64,000 nucleotides of DNA from Macrostomum lignano. Taxonomy: Eukaryota. Shown piece by piece: positions 38,558 through 60,250 of this stretch. Positions within the stretch are counted from its first letter, which is position 1. The number at the start of each line of letters is the position of its first letter. The notes below the pieces were generated by a model. That model worked only from the letters and a program-made list of their open reading frames with translations. It had not been told where the DNA came from and searched no databases. Position numbers and translations under genes: made by a program. The stretch lies in the NCBI GenBank assembly GCA_002269645.1, contig NIVC01001598.1, forward strand, positions 1 to 64,000, in the 5' to 3' direction.

Positions 38558-39524
38558 GGGTGATTCTCACACCATAGGGGCGATTCTCACAGATGGCATA
38601 GGGGCGATTCTCACACATGGCATAGGGGCGATTCTCACAGATGGCATAGGGGCGATTCTCACACATGGCATAGGGGCGATTCTCAGATGGCATAGGGGCG
38701 ATTCTCACAGATGGCATAGGGGCGATTCTCACACATGGCATAGGGGCGATTCTCACAGATGGCATAGGGGCGATTCTCACACATGGCATAGGGGCGATTC
38801 TCACAGATGGCATAGGGGCGATTCTCACACATGGCATAGGGGCGATTCTCACAGATGGCATAGAGGCGATTCTCACAGATGGCATAGGGGCGATTCTAAC
38901 AGATGGCATAGGGGCGATTCTCACAGATGGCATAGGGGCGATTCTCACAGATGGCATAGGGGCGACTCACAGATGGCATAGGGGCGACTCACAGATGGCA
39001 TAGGGGCGATTCTCACAGATGGCATAGGGGCGATTCTCACAGATGGCATAGGGGCGATTCTCACAGATGGCATAGTGGCGATTCTCACAGATGGCATAGG
39101 GGCGATTCTCACAGATGGCATAGGGGCGATTCTCACACATGGCATAGGGGCGATTCTCACAGATGGCATAGGGGCGATTCTCACAGATGGCATAGGGGCG
39201 ATTCTCACAGATGGCATAGGGGCGACTCACAGATGGCATAGGGGCGACTCACAGATGGCATAGGGGCGATTCTCACAGATGGCATAGGGGCGATTCTCAC
39301 AGATGGCATAGGGGCGATTCTCACAGATGGCATAGTGGCGATTCTCACAGATGGCATAGGGGCGATTCTCACACATGGCATAGGGGCGATTCTCACACAT
39401 GGCATAGGGGCGATTCTCACAGATGGCATAGGGGCGATTCTCACAGATGGCATAGGGGCGATTCTCACAGATGGCATAGGGGCGATTCTCACAGATGGTA
39501 TAGGGGCGTCTGTGAGAATGACCC
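38558..39524. repeat. 24-bp satellite GGCATAGGGGCGATTCTCACAGAT (~39 copies) bounded by 14-bp inverted termini (MITE-like)
   Basis: Left GGGTGATTCTCACA (38558-38571), right TGTGAGAATGACCC (39511-39524), one mismatch. Confidence 0.9.
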
Positions 39525-39697
39525 GAGGGGAAAGGGCGATTCTCAGGAATGACCCGAGGGGCAAGGGCGATTCTCAGGAATGACCCGAGGGGCAAGGGCG
39601 ATTCTCAGGAATGACCCGAGGGGCAAGGGCGATTCTCAGGAATGACCCGAGGGGCAAGGGCGATTCTCAGGAATGACCCGAGGGGCAAGGGCGACTC
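39515..39697. repeat. 31-bp tandem repeat GAATGACCCGAGGGGCAAGGGCGATTCTCAG, ~6 copies
   Basis: Abuts the 24-bp array and shares the GGGCGATTCTCA core. Confidence 0.93.
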
Positions 39698-40149
39698 AGC
39701 TACAGGCCAAGTGAACTGCATCCAAGCAGATTGAACAAACGACAATTCAGTTAAGGAGACTCAAAGCTGATGAATGAAAATTGGCAAAATGTGGTAAGAA
39801 AACTCAGCAGCAGGTTGAACAAAACTGACCCAACTTGAGAAAAATTTTGCTTTTGCAAAGAGGAAGACGGGACGCAAGCAGAGCAGAATGCAACTGGGAT
39901 TTTGAAAATAGAAGCGCTTTTAAAAGCTGGACAACAGCAAAGAATGAGCCAGATGGTGAACAGTGATGGTGAATACAGTGTGAAGTACACTACGATTGCC
40001 TGGAGCGGGCTAATAAAACTAATTACGAGAAGGCCAAACAGATGGTTAAGACGCAAGCTTTATGGACAAATTTCACATGTGGGACTGAAATTACTGCTTG
40101 ATAATTTTGAAAAACGAACCAGTGTGAATTTTAAGCTGAATATAAAGTG

Positions 40150-41207
40150 CATGATCTGGGTTCATGACTTGAGATCTAGACTTCATGATCTGGAATCTAG
40201 ACTTCATGATCTGGAATCTAGACTTCATGATCTGGAATCTAGACTTCATGATCTGGAATCTAGACTTCATGATCTGGAATCTAGAGTTCAGGATCTTGGA
40301 TTTAGAGTTCAGGATCTGGGATTCAAAGGGTTCAGGATCTGGGACTCAAAGGGTTCAGGATCTGGGATTCAAAGGGTTCAGGATCTGGAACTCAAAGGGT
40401 TCAGGATCTGGGACTCAAAGGGTTCAGGATCTGGGATTCAAAGGGTTCAGGATCTGGGACTCAAAGGGTTCAGGATCTGGAACTCAAAGGGTTCAGGATC
40501 TGGGACTCAAAGGGTTCAGGATCTGGGACTCAAAGGGTTTAGGATCTGGGACTCAAAGGGTTCAGGATCTGGGACTCAAAGGGTTCAGGATCTGGGACTC
40601 AAAGGGTTCAGGATCTGGGACTCAAAGGGTTCAGGATCTGGGACTCAAAGGGTTCAGGATCTGGGACTCAAAGGGTTCAGGATCTGGGACTCAAAGGGTT
40701 CAGGATCTGGGACTCAAAGGGTTCAGGATCAGGGATTTTAGGGGTTCAAGGTTCAACATTCTAGCACATCTGGGACTCAAAGGGTTCAGGATCTGGGACT
40801 CAAAGGGTTCAGGATCTGGGACTCAAAGGGTTCAGGATCTGGGACTCAAAGGGTTCAGGATCTGGGACTCAAAGGGTTCAGGATCTGGGACTCAAAGGGT
40901 TCAGGATCTGGGACTCAAAGGGTTCAGGATCTGGGACTCAAAGGGTTCAGGATCTGGGACTCAAAGGGTTCAGGATCTGGGACTCAAAGGGTTCAGGATC
41001 AGGGATTTTAGGGGTTCAAGGTTCAACATTCTAGCACATCTGGGACTCAAAGGGTTCAGGATCTGGGACTCAAAGGGTTCAGGATCTGGGACTCAAAGGG
41101 TTCAGGATCTGGGACTCAAAGGGTTCAGGATCTGGGACTCAAAGGGTTCAGGATCAGGGATTTTAGGGGTTCAAGGTTCAACATTCTAGCACATCTGGGA
41201 CTCAAAG
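40150..41207. repeat. Compound satellite: 21-bp CTTCATGATCTGGAATCTAGA, then 23-bp GGATCTGGGACTCAAAGGGTTCA with three recurrent ~48-bp interruptions
   Basis: Interruption GGATCAGGGATTTTAGGGGTTCAAGGTTCAACATTCTAGCACATCT at ~40726, ~40996, ~41152. Confidence 0.95.
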
Positions 41208-41848
41208 TCCGAGTATTGAGATCTAATAAGGATAGGATTTGAGTGAATTTTCGAAATCAGAAAAAATTTAACAGTTATATAAATAAAACTAGCAAAAACA
41301 TTAGCTTACTGTGTCACCGAAATATTCATTACACACGGGGTCTGAGCAGCGCTGGACACACAAGCTACAATATATAATACAGCGAGGCGTGTCTACAGAA
41401 AACAAAATAAAGCATTTTAGCCGTACATCCTCAAGAGTCTACGTTTAAAAACAATTGCAAGATAAAAAATTATATTTAGAAAAACAGATTGTATTCTGTT
41501 ATAAATTCTGCATACTTTCTGCTACTACAAGTAGTATACCCAAAGCGGCAAGTGAACACAGTAGGCAGTTTTTAGCACCCTCAGCTTTAATCAGGAAGCG
41601 AAGCGGCGAGAGTTGGGAAAGACGGGGGGCAGAGGCGGCAAACAGAGGGAGGCACCGGCCCCGGGTCCTCAGTCCGATGCTGGCAGATTCTCCAGCGAAT
41701 CGGATGGACCACAATAAATCAAAGAGGGCAAAACAATCAAAATACTGAACTAGCGTGAGATTCGCGACACTAAGCATCACTCAGGTAGGCCACTGAGCAG
41801 CTGCCAGCTTCCTTCATCAGGTGCTCGAACACTCCCACGAGATCCTCA

Positions 41849-42569
41849 GATTATTGGGAGATTCTTCACCAATGGTATTATCAGGCTATTGGGAGATTAT
41901 TCCTTAGTGGGATTATCTGGCTATTGAGAGATCATTCCCAAATGGGAATATCAGGCTATTGGGAGATTATTCCCTACTGGGATTAGCAGGCTATTGGGAG
42001 ATTCTTCCCAAATAGGATTATCTGGCTATTAAGAGAGTCTTCCCCAGTGGGATTATCGCGCTATTGGGAGATTCTTCCCAAATGGGATTATCAGGCTATT
42101 AAGATTCTTCCCAAATGGGATTATCAGGCTATTAGATTCTTCCCAAATGGGATTATTAGGCTATTGGGAGATTATTCCGAATGGGATTAACAGGTATTAT
42201 GATTCTTCCCAAATGGGATTATCAGGCTATTAGGATTCTTCCCAAATGGGATTACCAGGCTATTGGGAGATTATTCCCAAATGGGATTATCAAGATATTG
42301 GGGGATTTTTCCCCAGTGGGATTATCAGATTATTAAGATACAAAATCACGGGGAAGAATCTCCCAATAGCCTGATAGTCCAATCAGGGAAGAATCTCCCA
42401 ATAGCCTGATAATCCAACCAGGGAAGAATCTCCCAATAGCCTGATAGTCCAATCAGGGAAGAATCTCCCAATAGCCTGATAGTCCAATCAGGGAAGAATC
42501 TCCCAATAGCCTGATAGTCCAATCAGGGAAGAATCTCCCAATAGCCTGATAATCCAATTAGGGAAGAAT
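41849..42569. repeat. Fold-back structure: degenerate GGGATTATCAGGCTATTGGGAGATTCTTCCC array followed by its reverse complement (35-bp units)
   Basis: 41849-~42335 forward units; ~42350-42569 GGGAAGAATCTCCCAATAGCCTGATA(G/A)TCC inverted units. Confidence 0.9.
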
Positions 42570-42588
42570 GGATCCCGAGCACCGATCA

Positions 42589-51640
<9,052 letters not shown>

Positions 51641-54310
51641 TGCTGCAGAACTCCGCCTGGAGCAGCTATAAATGGGTTAAGAAGCCATAATTAAGATGCA
51701 GGAGTATTAATTTAATATTCCATAGTTTATTATGGCTACAGCTACAATACAGCTTTGTTACCCATGACAAAATGGGCACCCTATAGTAGTAAATTTTACA
51801 GTTTACATTTAAATTTTAACACTTTGCTTTGTGCTTCCAAAAATACTTTATTTGTGTTAAACAGTTTTTTATCTTCAAATTTCAAAACTGCACTTATCTG
51901 CTAGATTTACAGTCAGTCAATATGTATTGTGGAAGTAGGCCAACTAATAAATATACAAAATTGCAAAAAACCTAAAAAATGCATACCAAGTAAATATTCT
52001 AAACAAATAAGTGATTGATGTGTTAATCATTTAAGCCTATTAAGAAAATAAATGGCTAAACTTTCAGTCTATTTGATAAACAGACTGAATTTCACTATGA
52101 CACAAGTTTTATATATGAGTAGAATTTCCTGTGCCTAGGCTAATATCAAAATATTTATGACAAGACCACAAAAGGACTAAAATGACAAATTAGCACTTTA
52201 AATTGCAAAAATTACATAAGTTAAATCATATATAAACAGCCAAAGGTATAGGCCTAGCCCTATTTATACAAATGATCTAAAAATAGCTTATAGACTATAG
52301 ATTTATTTAGAATGAATCTTTGTTTCTTTTACAATAGAAACAGTTTATTAGAATTTACTTTGACATAATTACTTACAAAATCAATCCTAAATTAGGCCTA
52401 TCCTAACCATTTTTAAAAGCAGGAAGATAGGAAAAGGCCCCTAGGAAAAGGCTATAGCTGATCTAATGAACTTTAATACTCATTTTATATAAGTGTTCCT
52501 GCCATCCCTCAGGCCTTATTATGCTAATAAACCCACAATGCATTTGAATAGTCAAGGTGACATTGACATAAGACTAGTCCTATATACTTAAAACATTTTT
52601 GAGACCAATCTAAAAATAAGAACTATTTATTAAGTCCAAAGAGTAGGGGGTCACCACATATTCTATACTCCAGATCATGTTAGCTACATGCCAGAATGTA
52701 TACCAGAGTTTTTTGTTTATATACCTACTACACACCATGCTTATTGGCTACATGCCATGCACACCATTGACAATAATTAACAATAGGCCTATAAACAAAA
52801 ACAGAAAAATATATTCAAACATTGTTTCAAAAAATGCACAAGAAAAAACAAAGCTTAAAAAATTTGTAACCATAGGCATAAGCATTAAGATCATCATAGG
52901 CCCTACCATATTCTATGCCATCAAGCTAAGGGCCTAGCCTATTCCACAGCATAGTATCCACACTCAGGAAAGTATAAATTATGGCAGAAAATTCCGGTGC
53001 ACATCAACAAAAAATGTGCGCAAAGTGGCGCATACAGTGCACAACAAAGGCTTAGCAGAAGTTTTTAGCATACAGTGGCAAACCTGATCAGAAAAATTTA
53101 GCTCACAATGAGTTATCTAAATGTATAATCTGTATATGCAATGTGTAAAATATGCTTTAAGATTACATTTTTTAAGCATATCAATAAAAAATTGTTTCTT
53201 GGTAAGTGAAACAAATAATAAAACTCAAAATAGGATTTTACCGTAAAGTTAAAGCTATTTCTTTTGATAATTTTCTACATGAGCTAAAATAAAGCAAAAG
53301 TTTTGAGTTGAAAAAAAGCCTACATAAGGTACAAAAATTTTTTCCATTTTTTAGTTTTGTTTTAATTGGACTTATACCAAGTTTTTAGTGCTATAGCATA
53401 TTAGTACTCTAGCTATGTATTTGTCAATAAATGAATGTAGACCTTGGCACACAAATTCATATTTTAGCTTTGCACACAGTGCACACTCCAAAAATACACT
53501 GAAATATATTCCTGCGCACATATGACACCTTCCTGAGTATGGCATAGTATGCCACTAGGCCATATACCCAAATGCACACCAAGTTACCAATACATGCCAA
53601 ATTTTTTTGGCCAAACCAAAATGCATGCGAGAAATTTCTGGCATGATGTATACCTTCCAAACTATAGCATATACCCTCAATTATCCCAGCTAATACTAGG
53701 CCTAATACCTATTTTACAACTAGCTAGATGAACTGAAATAATGCAAAGTTAAGCATTTTGCTCAAGGATAGGCCTACAAAGTAAAATTGTTCCAAGTAGA
53801 TTAAGAGTCAATCATCTAACTCTCAAGTTGTGAGTCCAATGCTCTAAGGTTATTGGTCAGATTGGTTCCAACTGAAGTCATCATATTCAAGATCGTGACA
53901 TCGTCATCTGTGGCTTACAAGAAAAACAACCAAAATTATCTAAATTGTCATCTTATTTCAGTATTAGACAATGCTGCATTCACTAAATTGTCATATTGTG
54001 TTGCATTGGCTATGCAAGGATCTTAGCTCATGGCAGCAATTGCGTGTTCTTGTTTGCCAACAAATTAAAATGATTTATAGTGTATAACTAGCAATCTACG
54101 CCCCCCGTTGGGGAGCCAAAGAAATGCAATACACGTTTTTTTAATAAGCTACATGTATCCTTGAAATCTTAAACAAATCTCCTGTCAAACCTTGTAAGCC
54201 TTGACATGTCAGTAATTCCCCCCCACAAGCTTTAACTTATCAACTTCCCCCCTTGACATCACAGCAATGCCCCCAATAAGCCTTGAAGTCTAAAAAAATC
54301 TGTCAACCTT

Positions 54311-54367
54311 CTAACCCTAACCCTAGCCTAACCCTAACCCTAGCCCTAACCCTAACCCTAACCTAAC
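54311..54367. repeat. Interstitial telomere-like (CCCTAA)n tract
   Basis: About 9 CCCTAA/CCCTAG units. Confidence 0.9.
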
Positions 54368-55164
54368 ATTGAAATTTCAGTAATTCTCTCTAAGAGTCAT
54401 TATAGCACTACTACAGCATTATAGCGATTCCCTGCAAGCCTCGACATCGTAGGGATTTCCAAATGAATCTCTTAACTTTGACATGAAGCTTCTTTTATTT
54501 TTACATTACGCTTTTTCTATCAGCGAGCCCTGAGGAGTCGACAAATAATGGAATAAAAAGTTTTCAATGAACTACATGTAGCTTCTGACTTAAGCCTTGA
54601 AATCTTATTTATACCCCCGTGAGCCTTGACATCTCAGCTATTCCCCCCGTAAGCCTTGACATGTCAGCGATGCCCCCCATAAATCTTGAAATCTAAAAAA
54701 TCCCTTGTTAACCTTTAAACCCGATAAAATATAACCCTCAACCCACACTTGACCTAAACCTAACTTTAACCCAACCTAAAGCCTTGAAATCTCAGCAATT
54801 CTTCTCCCCTAAGCCTTGGAATTTTAGTGATTCCTTCTTTAAGAATCACAGCACTATAACGATTTCCACCAAGCTTTGACATCGTAGCAATTCCCAAATG
54901 AATCTTTTAACTTCGACACGACTTTTCTTTTATGTATACATAGTGCTACTTTTATTTTTTACATGACTCTTCTTCTATCAGCGCCCCCCCGTGGCAAGCC
55001 AACAAAGAATGTAATAAAAAATTGAGTAAAGTACATGAACTTTGAAGTAGCTTCTGACTTTTGCTTTGACATCTCAGAACCCCCCCCCCCGTAATCTCAG
55101 TTATTCTCTGAGAGCCTTGACATCTCAGTTTTTCTCCCCAGCATAGCATTTTAGCTGCATTTAA

Positions 55165-56582
55165 TTTTTCCATGACACCTTTCATGTCTGACATGACACT
55201 TCTTTTATTCTACCATGATGCTTCTTAATTTTTTAAATGACACTTTCATTAGTTTTTAAATGAGGCTTCTATGATTTTTTCTTGACGCTTCTATGATTGT
55301 TTACATGACACTTCTATGATTGTTTACATAACGCTTCTATGATTGTTACATGACGCTTCTATGATTGTTTACATGACGCTTTTATGATTGTTTACATGAC
55401 GCTTCTATGATATTTTACATGACGCTTCTACGATTTTTTACATGACGCTTCTATGATTTTTTACATGACGCTTCTATGATTGTTTACATGACGCTTCTAT
55501 GATTTTTTACATGACGCTTCTATGATTGTTTACATGACGCTTCTATGATTTTTAAATGACGCTTCTACGATTTTTACATGACGCTTCTACGATTTTTACA
55601 TGACGCTTCTATGACTTTTTTAAATGACGCTTCTATGATTTTTATATGACGCTTCTACGATTTTTTACATGACGCTTCTATGATTGTTTACATGACACTT
55701 CTATGATTGTTTACATGACGCTTCTATGATTGTTATATGACGCTTCTATGATTGTTTACATGCATGACGCTTCTCTGATTTTTTACATGACGCTTCTATG
55801 ATTGTTTACATGACGCTTCTATGATTGTTTACATGATGCTTCTATGATTGTTTACATGACGCTTCTATGATTTTTTACATGACGCTTCTATGATTTTTTG
55901 CATGACGCTTCTACGATTTTTACATGACGCTTCTATGACTTTTTTAAATGACGCTTCTATGATATTTATATGACGCTTCTACGATTTTTATATGACGCTT
56001 CCCGTCGCTTCTATGATATTTATATGACGCTTCTATGATTTTTTTTATGACGCTTCTATGATTTTTTAAATGACGCTTTTGTGATTGTTTACATGACGCT
56101 TCTCTGATTTTTTAAATGACGCTTCTATGATTGTTTACATGGTGCTTCTATGATTGTTAACATGACGCTTCTATTATTTTTTAAATGATGCTTCTATGAT
56201 TTTTTCATGACGCTGCTACGATTTTTTACATGACGCTTCTATGATTGTTTACATGACGCTTCTATGATTGTTTACATGACGCTTCTATGATTGTTTACAT
56301 GACGCTTCTATGATTTTTTACATGACGCTTCTATGATTGTTTACATGACGCTTCTATGATTGTTTACATGACGCTACTATGATTTTTTACATGGCGCTTC
56401 TATGATTTTTACATGACGCTTCTATGATTGTTTACATGACGCTTCTATGATTTTTTAAATGACGCTTCTATGATTTTTATATGACGCTTCTATGATTTTT
56501 TACATGACACTTCTATGATTGTTTACATGACGCTTCTATGATTTTTTACATGACGCTTCTACGATTTTTACATGACGCTTCT
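55165..56582. repeat. ~24-bp satellite CATGACGCTTCTATGATT(G/T)TTTA, ~58 copies
   Basis: Visible periodicity; length variation in the T-run. Confidence 0.96.
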
Positions 56583-57158
56583 TTTTAAAAAGTCTTTTAG
56601 TTTTCCTGACGTTGAAAAGATTTAATTAAAAAATTATACTCTATGAAAATTCAAACCATCGTCGCTGCATTTAGCAGTTTAGTTTGTTCACCTCTAGGCT
56701 AGCTCTCATCGTTTTGATAACATCAACTTTTGCACTTATATAATTCAACACTTTAAAATCCAAGCATAGAGTAAATCACACGAAGCAGTTATGACATAAT
56801 CAGTTTTTCAGTCAGTCGGTATCAGTTATCAATATGGTTACACAATTTAAATCAAGTCTGGTGCTACGCTTTCACACTGCATTTCCAATTCAAGTCGGAG
56901 TTACAATTCAGTTATGATGCAATCTATTTCAGAATCAGAATTCAACCAGTCAGTTTTTTCTCTAGCATTCTTACAATGCATTTCAAGTCGAAAAGTTTGC
57001 TTGACCTTTGCAAAAAAAGCATGTTTTTCGAATATTTAATGCCTTTAGCATCGAGCAATTTCTTAGCCACGATGCATGTACCGTCACGGGAAAATTTCTG
57101 ATCAAACAGTGCAAGTTCGAACAAAATCGGTCCAGCCATTTTTTCTCTAATCGATCAC

Positions 57159-57190
57159 ATAGATAGATAGATAGATAGACACAGACAGAC
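57159..57190. repeat. (ATAG)n(ACAG)n microsatellite
   Basis: Direct observation. Confidence 0.85.
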
Positions 57191-59047
57191 CATTTTTAGT
57201 ATATAGGACTTAAGACTTATTTAAACTACTATCAAATGAGCCATCAAAATCATATAGTCAAATACAAGGAATCAAATTAAATGAGTCTTTATAGGCTAGG
57301 GAAATATTCTTGATCACGCATGTACATTATGTACTGTGTACAATGTAACAGTGTACATTTAGTTCTATGATCAGTGATCTCATGTACATTTGTCATTATG
57401 TATATGTGTGTATACTGCATGAATGAAAGTAGAGATATATATATACATACATGTGCTTACACTGAAAATTGAGAACTCCTGCAATGCTTTTACTGCAGCT
57501 TAACTTTATAAACAGGGGCAAACTCTACTAGAGAGTTGATGAATGGTGAACTAATAAATAAACACTTACATTTGTAACATTTTTATCTATTGAAGTTGTC
57601 ATATTTAAATGTTTAAGTCTTCCAGATCTGTTTAAGTCGTCATTATCATATGACGATTTCAGCTGCACCTGTCAGATTGGTGACAAGACATTTTAGTGAA
57701 AAACATTTCAATGACAAGTTTAAATACTTTAGTGACAAGTTCAGATGCTTTGGTGTCAATTTTTGTTTAGGCCTAGTTAGTTATAGCCTCAGTTGAATCA
57801 GTGATATCACTGTTTATATATTCAATTGTGTATAAAAAAATTATAGTTTTATAGTTTAATTTTTAGGTTGGCCTTTTGAATTTCTCCTTAAAAGCAACAT
57901 GGTCATGATTCAAATTCATTCAATTGAATAGGCCTACAACAATTGTACTAGATTATAATCATCATAATGGAACCGTCCATACATGCACATGTAGTAAAAA
58001 ATAAAAACCTCCTATGTCTTATATATGACTAACTAAATAGGCCTCGGCCTGGTAATTACTATAGCAGCAGGCAGTAGCCTAGCTGCTAGTCCTAGAATGG
58101 CGTATTTAAAAAAAAACTTCCTCCTAAATTTACCAAAAACAAGGCTTCCCGCTCTTCTCTTTGAGTAGTACTTGGTTGACACTATTTTAAACCATCTGCA
58201 CCCAAGAACCAAAAGATTTATGTATGGGAATTGAAAATTATTAGAAATTATAGACTTCCAAGACTGGTTTGGATTTTGCAAAATTACGGCAAACTATTCC
58301 TAGAAACAACCAAACTTGGAGTATAGAAAAAAAAACTTCAAAAACCTTTATCTCTGTTATTTAGGCCCTCGCTGTTCTTTAGGCCGAGTTAATAATATTT
58401 GACCCTTTTTTGCTTTTAACATTTTAAAGATGTAAAAGCGTTGCAAGTTTGTTATAATGGCTTAATAAAGTAAAACAAAAGCTTGCGTTTTTTACATTTA
58501 TTGTCATAGCACATGCAATAAATTACTTCTGCTGTTCTTCAAAGTTTTTTAATCGCTTTAATTCTTAAACAATTTACAAAAAGATTATTCATTGAGTGCG
58601 TTACAGCAAAATTATGATGTACTTTTATGCTTTAAATGGAAAGATTAAAAGCATGCAGCTTGCGCGTGACAACGGTAGCCTAAGGGCACTGACGGAATGC
58701 CTAACATTTCCATTTTTCCACAGATCCACGGTTCGATCGTCCACAGTTATTTAAACATGGCCTATATAAGCTAACTGTTAGGGAATTTTTTTGCAGAATA
58801 TTTTCACTTCTGAGTGATACTAGCCACTAGGCCTATGATACTGATCTAGCTAGTCTCTATAGAAAACATTGGGACCTAATAAATATTTTTGCATTAATTC
58901 TCATGACTCCTGTCACCAGCTAGTCTCACCATGCATAAGGCTTGTGTATTTTTTTATTTTGTAGTTTTGCCCTATTTTTTACTTTTACTTAGGCCCTTAG
59001 CCGTTAGGGACATTAGGGTCTATGAGTTATGACATCAGTAGGCCCTA

Positions 59048-59273
59048 CCTGTATAACTTTCGCCGACACATTTTCAGACAGATCTTCTGACACTTTTACG
59101 ACACCTAAAATGTCAGAAAGTGTCGGAAAAATTGTTGTAACAGTTAACTTTCACCAACACATTTTCAGACAGATCTTCCAACATTTTTATGACACTTTTT
59201 CTGACATTTTAGGTGTCGTAAAAAAGTGTCAGAAGATCTGTCTGAAAATGTGTTGGGGAAAGTTATACAGGTG
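59048..59273. mobile_element. MITE with ~80-bp TIRs and TA flanks (Tc1/mariner-like)
   Basis: TA-CCTGTATAACTTTCGCCGACACATTTTCAGACAGATCTTCTGACAC... mirrored by ...GTGTCAGAAGATCTGTCTGAAAATGTGTTGGGGAAAGTTATACAGGTG-TA. Confidence 0.8.
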
Positions 59274-59986
59274 TAGGCCCTAGGCTAGACAGGCTAGGCT
59301 AGGGCCTAATCTGTTCTATTTTATACTGTTTTAGTCATAGACATAGGCCTCCCATACTCATAATTAGCCATTTCTAGCTGTAGGCTATTATAGGCCTAGT
59401 GGTCTAGCCTAGACCCTAGATTAGAGGCCCACAAATCAGCTTTTAGGTTTCATTAAATGTTTAGATAATTCAGAATTTTTTTAGAATTTAGGGCTGCTAT
59501 ACTTTAGCAATTTATCTATAGGGCATACTCTAGATCTAGATCATGTTAAGTCATTGAGTTTCATTAGGCCTAGGCCCTAACTATTCTCTATATTAGATAT
59601 AGCCTACTATAATGATACTAGATATATAATATAGTATATATTATATTAGATTCTCTATGGCTATGCATACAATGGCCTACAAGAATAAAATGATTAATCA
59701 AAAAGTAGACCTATACAAACTATTCTGGCAAAAGTTACTTTGCCAAAAACTTTTTGCCAAAAGCCTATTCAAGGCTTTTTATGAAAATTGGTTCTAGAAC
59801 CAGAATTGGTAGCAGTGGTATTAGCCTGGCATGAATTTGCGCCAAGCGCGAATTTTGTGTTCAATGGTGCGAATGTGCAATTTTCAAGGTATGGCATGAA
59901 TTTCATTTAAGCTTATAGTGCAAAAAATTAGACATTGATTCTGCTAGGGCTAGGCGAGCAAGCCCTACACTAGCCTAGAGAAGTCA

Positions 59987-60250
59987 ATGATGACCACTAA
60001 AGAGCTAATCAGGCAGAAGCAAATAGAGAAGGAAAATGCCAAACAACTTCTGTTGGAAATGACTAGGTCAAAAGAAGACCAAGACAGAGAATTGGCAAAA
60101 TTGCAGTAGTAGCAGGAAAAGCTTCACAAAAAGAAGATGAAGGAAGCCAAGAAGATTGCCAAGAACATTCTAAAGCAAAAGGCTATTGAAAAAGGGCTTT
60201 CAAAACCTCTGCCAAAAACTATTACTGACAAAAGGTTCTATCAAAATTGA
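59987..60250 (+). pseudogene. Decayed Lys/Glu-rich coiled-coil coding fragment of unknown origin
   Basis: MMTTKELIRQKQIEKENAKQLLLEM...LQ**QEKLHKKKMKEAKK...; two adjacent TAGs within a run of CAG codons. Confidence 0.3.

Noticed and set aside
39720-40150. Possible decayed PHD-finger or LINE fragment (IQCEVHYDC; RRPNRWLRRKLYG)
   Set aside because: Multiple stops, motifs in different frames, too weak to call.
38484-41189. Long ORFs (MPSVRIAP, LHDLESR heptads, GFRIWDSKGSGSG)
   Set aside because: Satellite translations with no unique coding flanks or splice sites.
54311-54367. True telomere or chromosome fusion site
   Set aside because: Only about 57 bp, imperfect, no head-to-head arrangement; interstitial tract.
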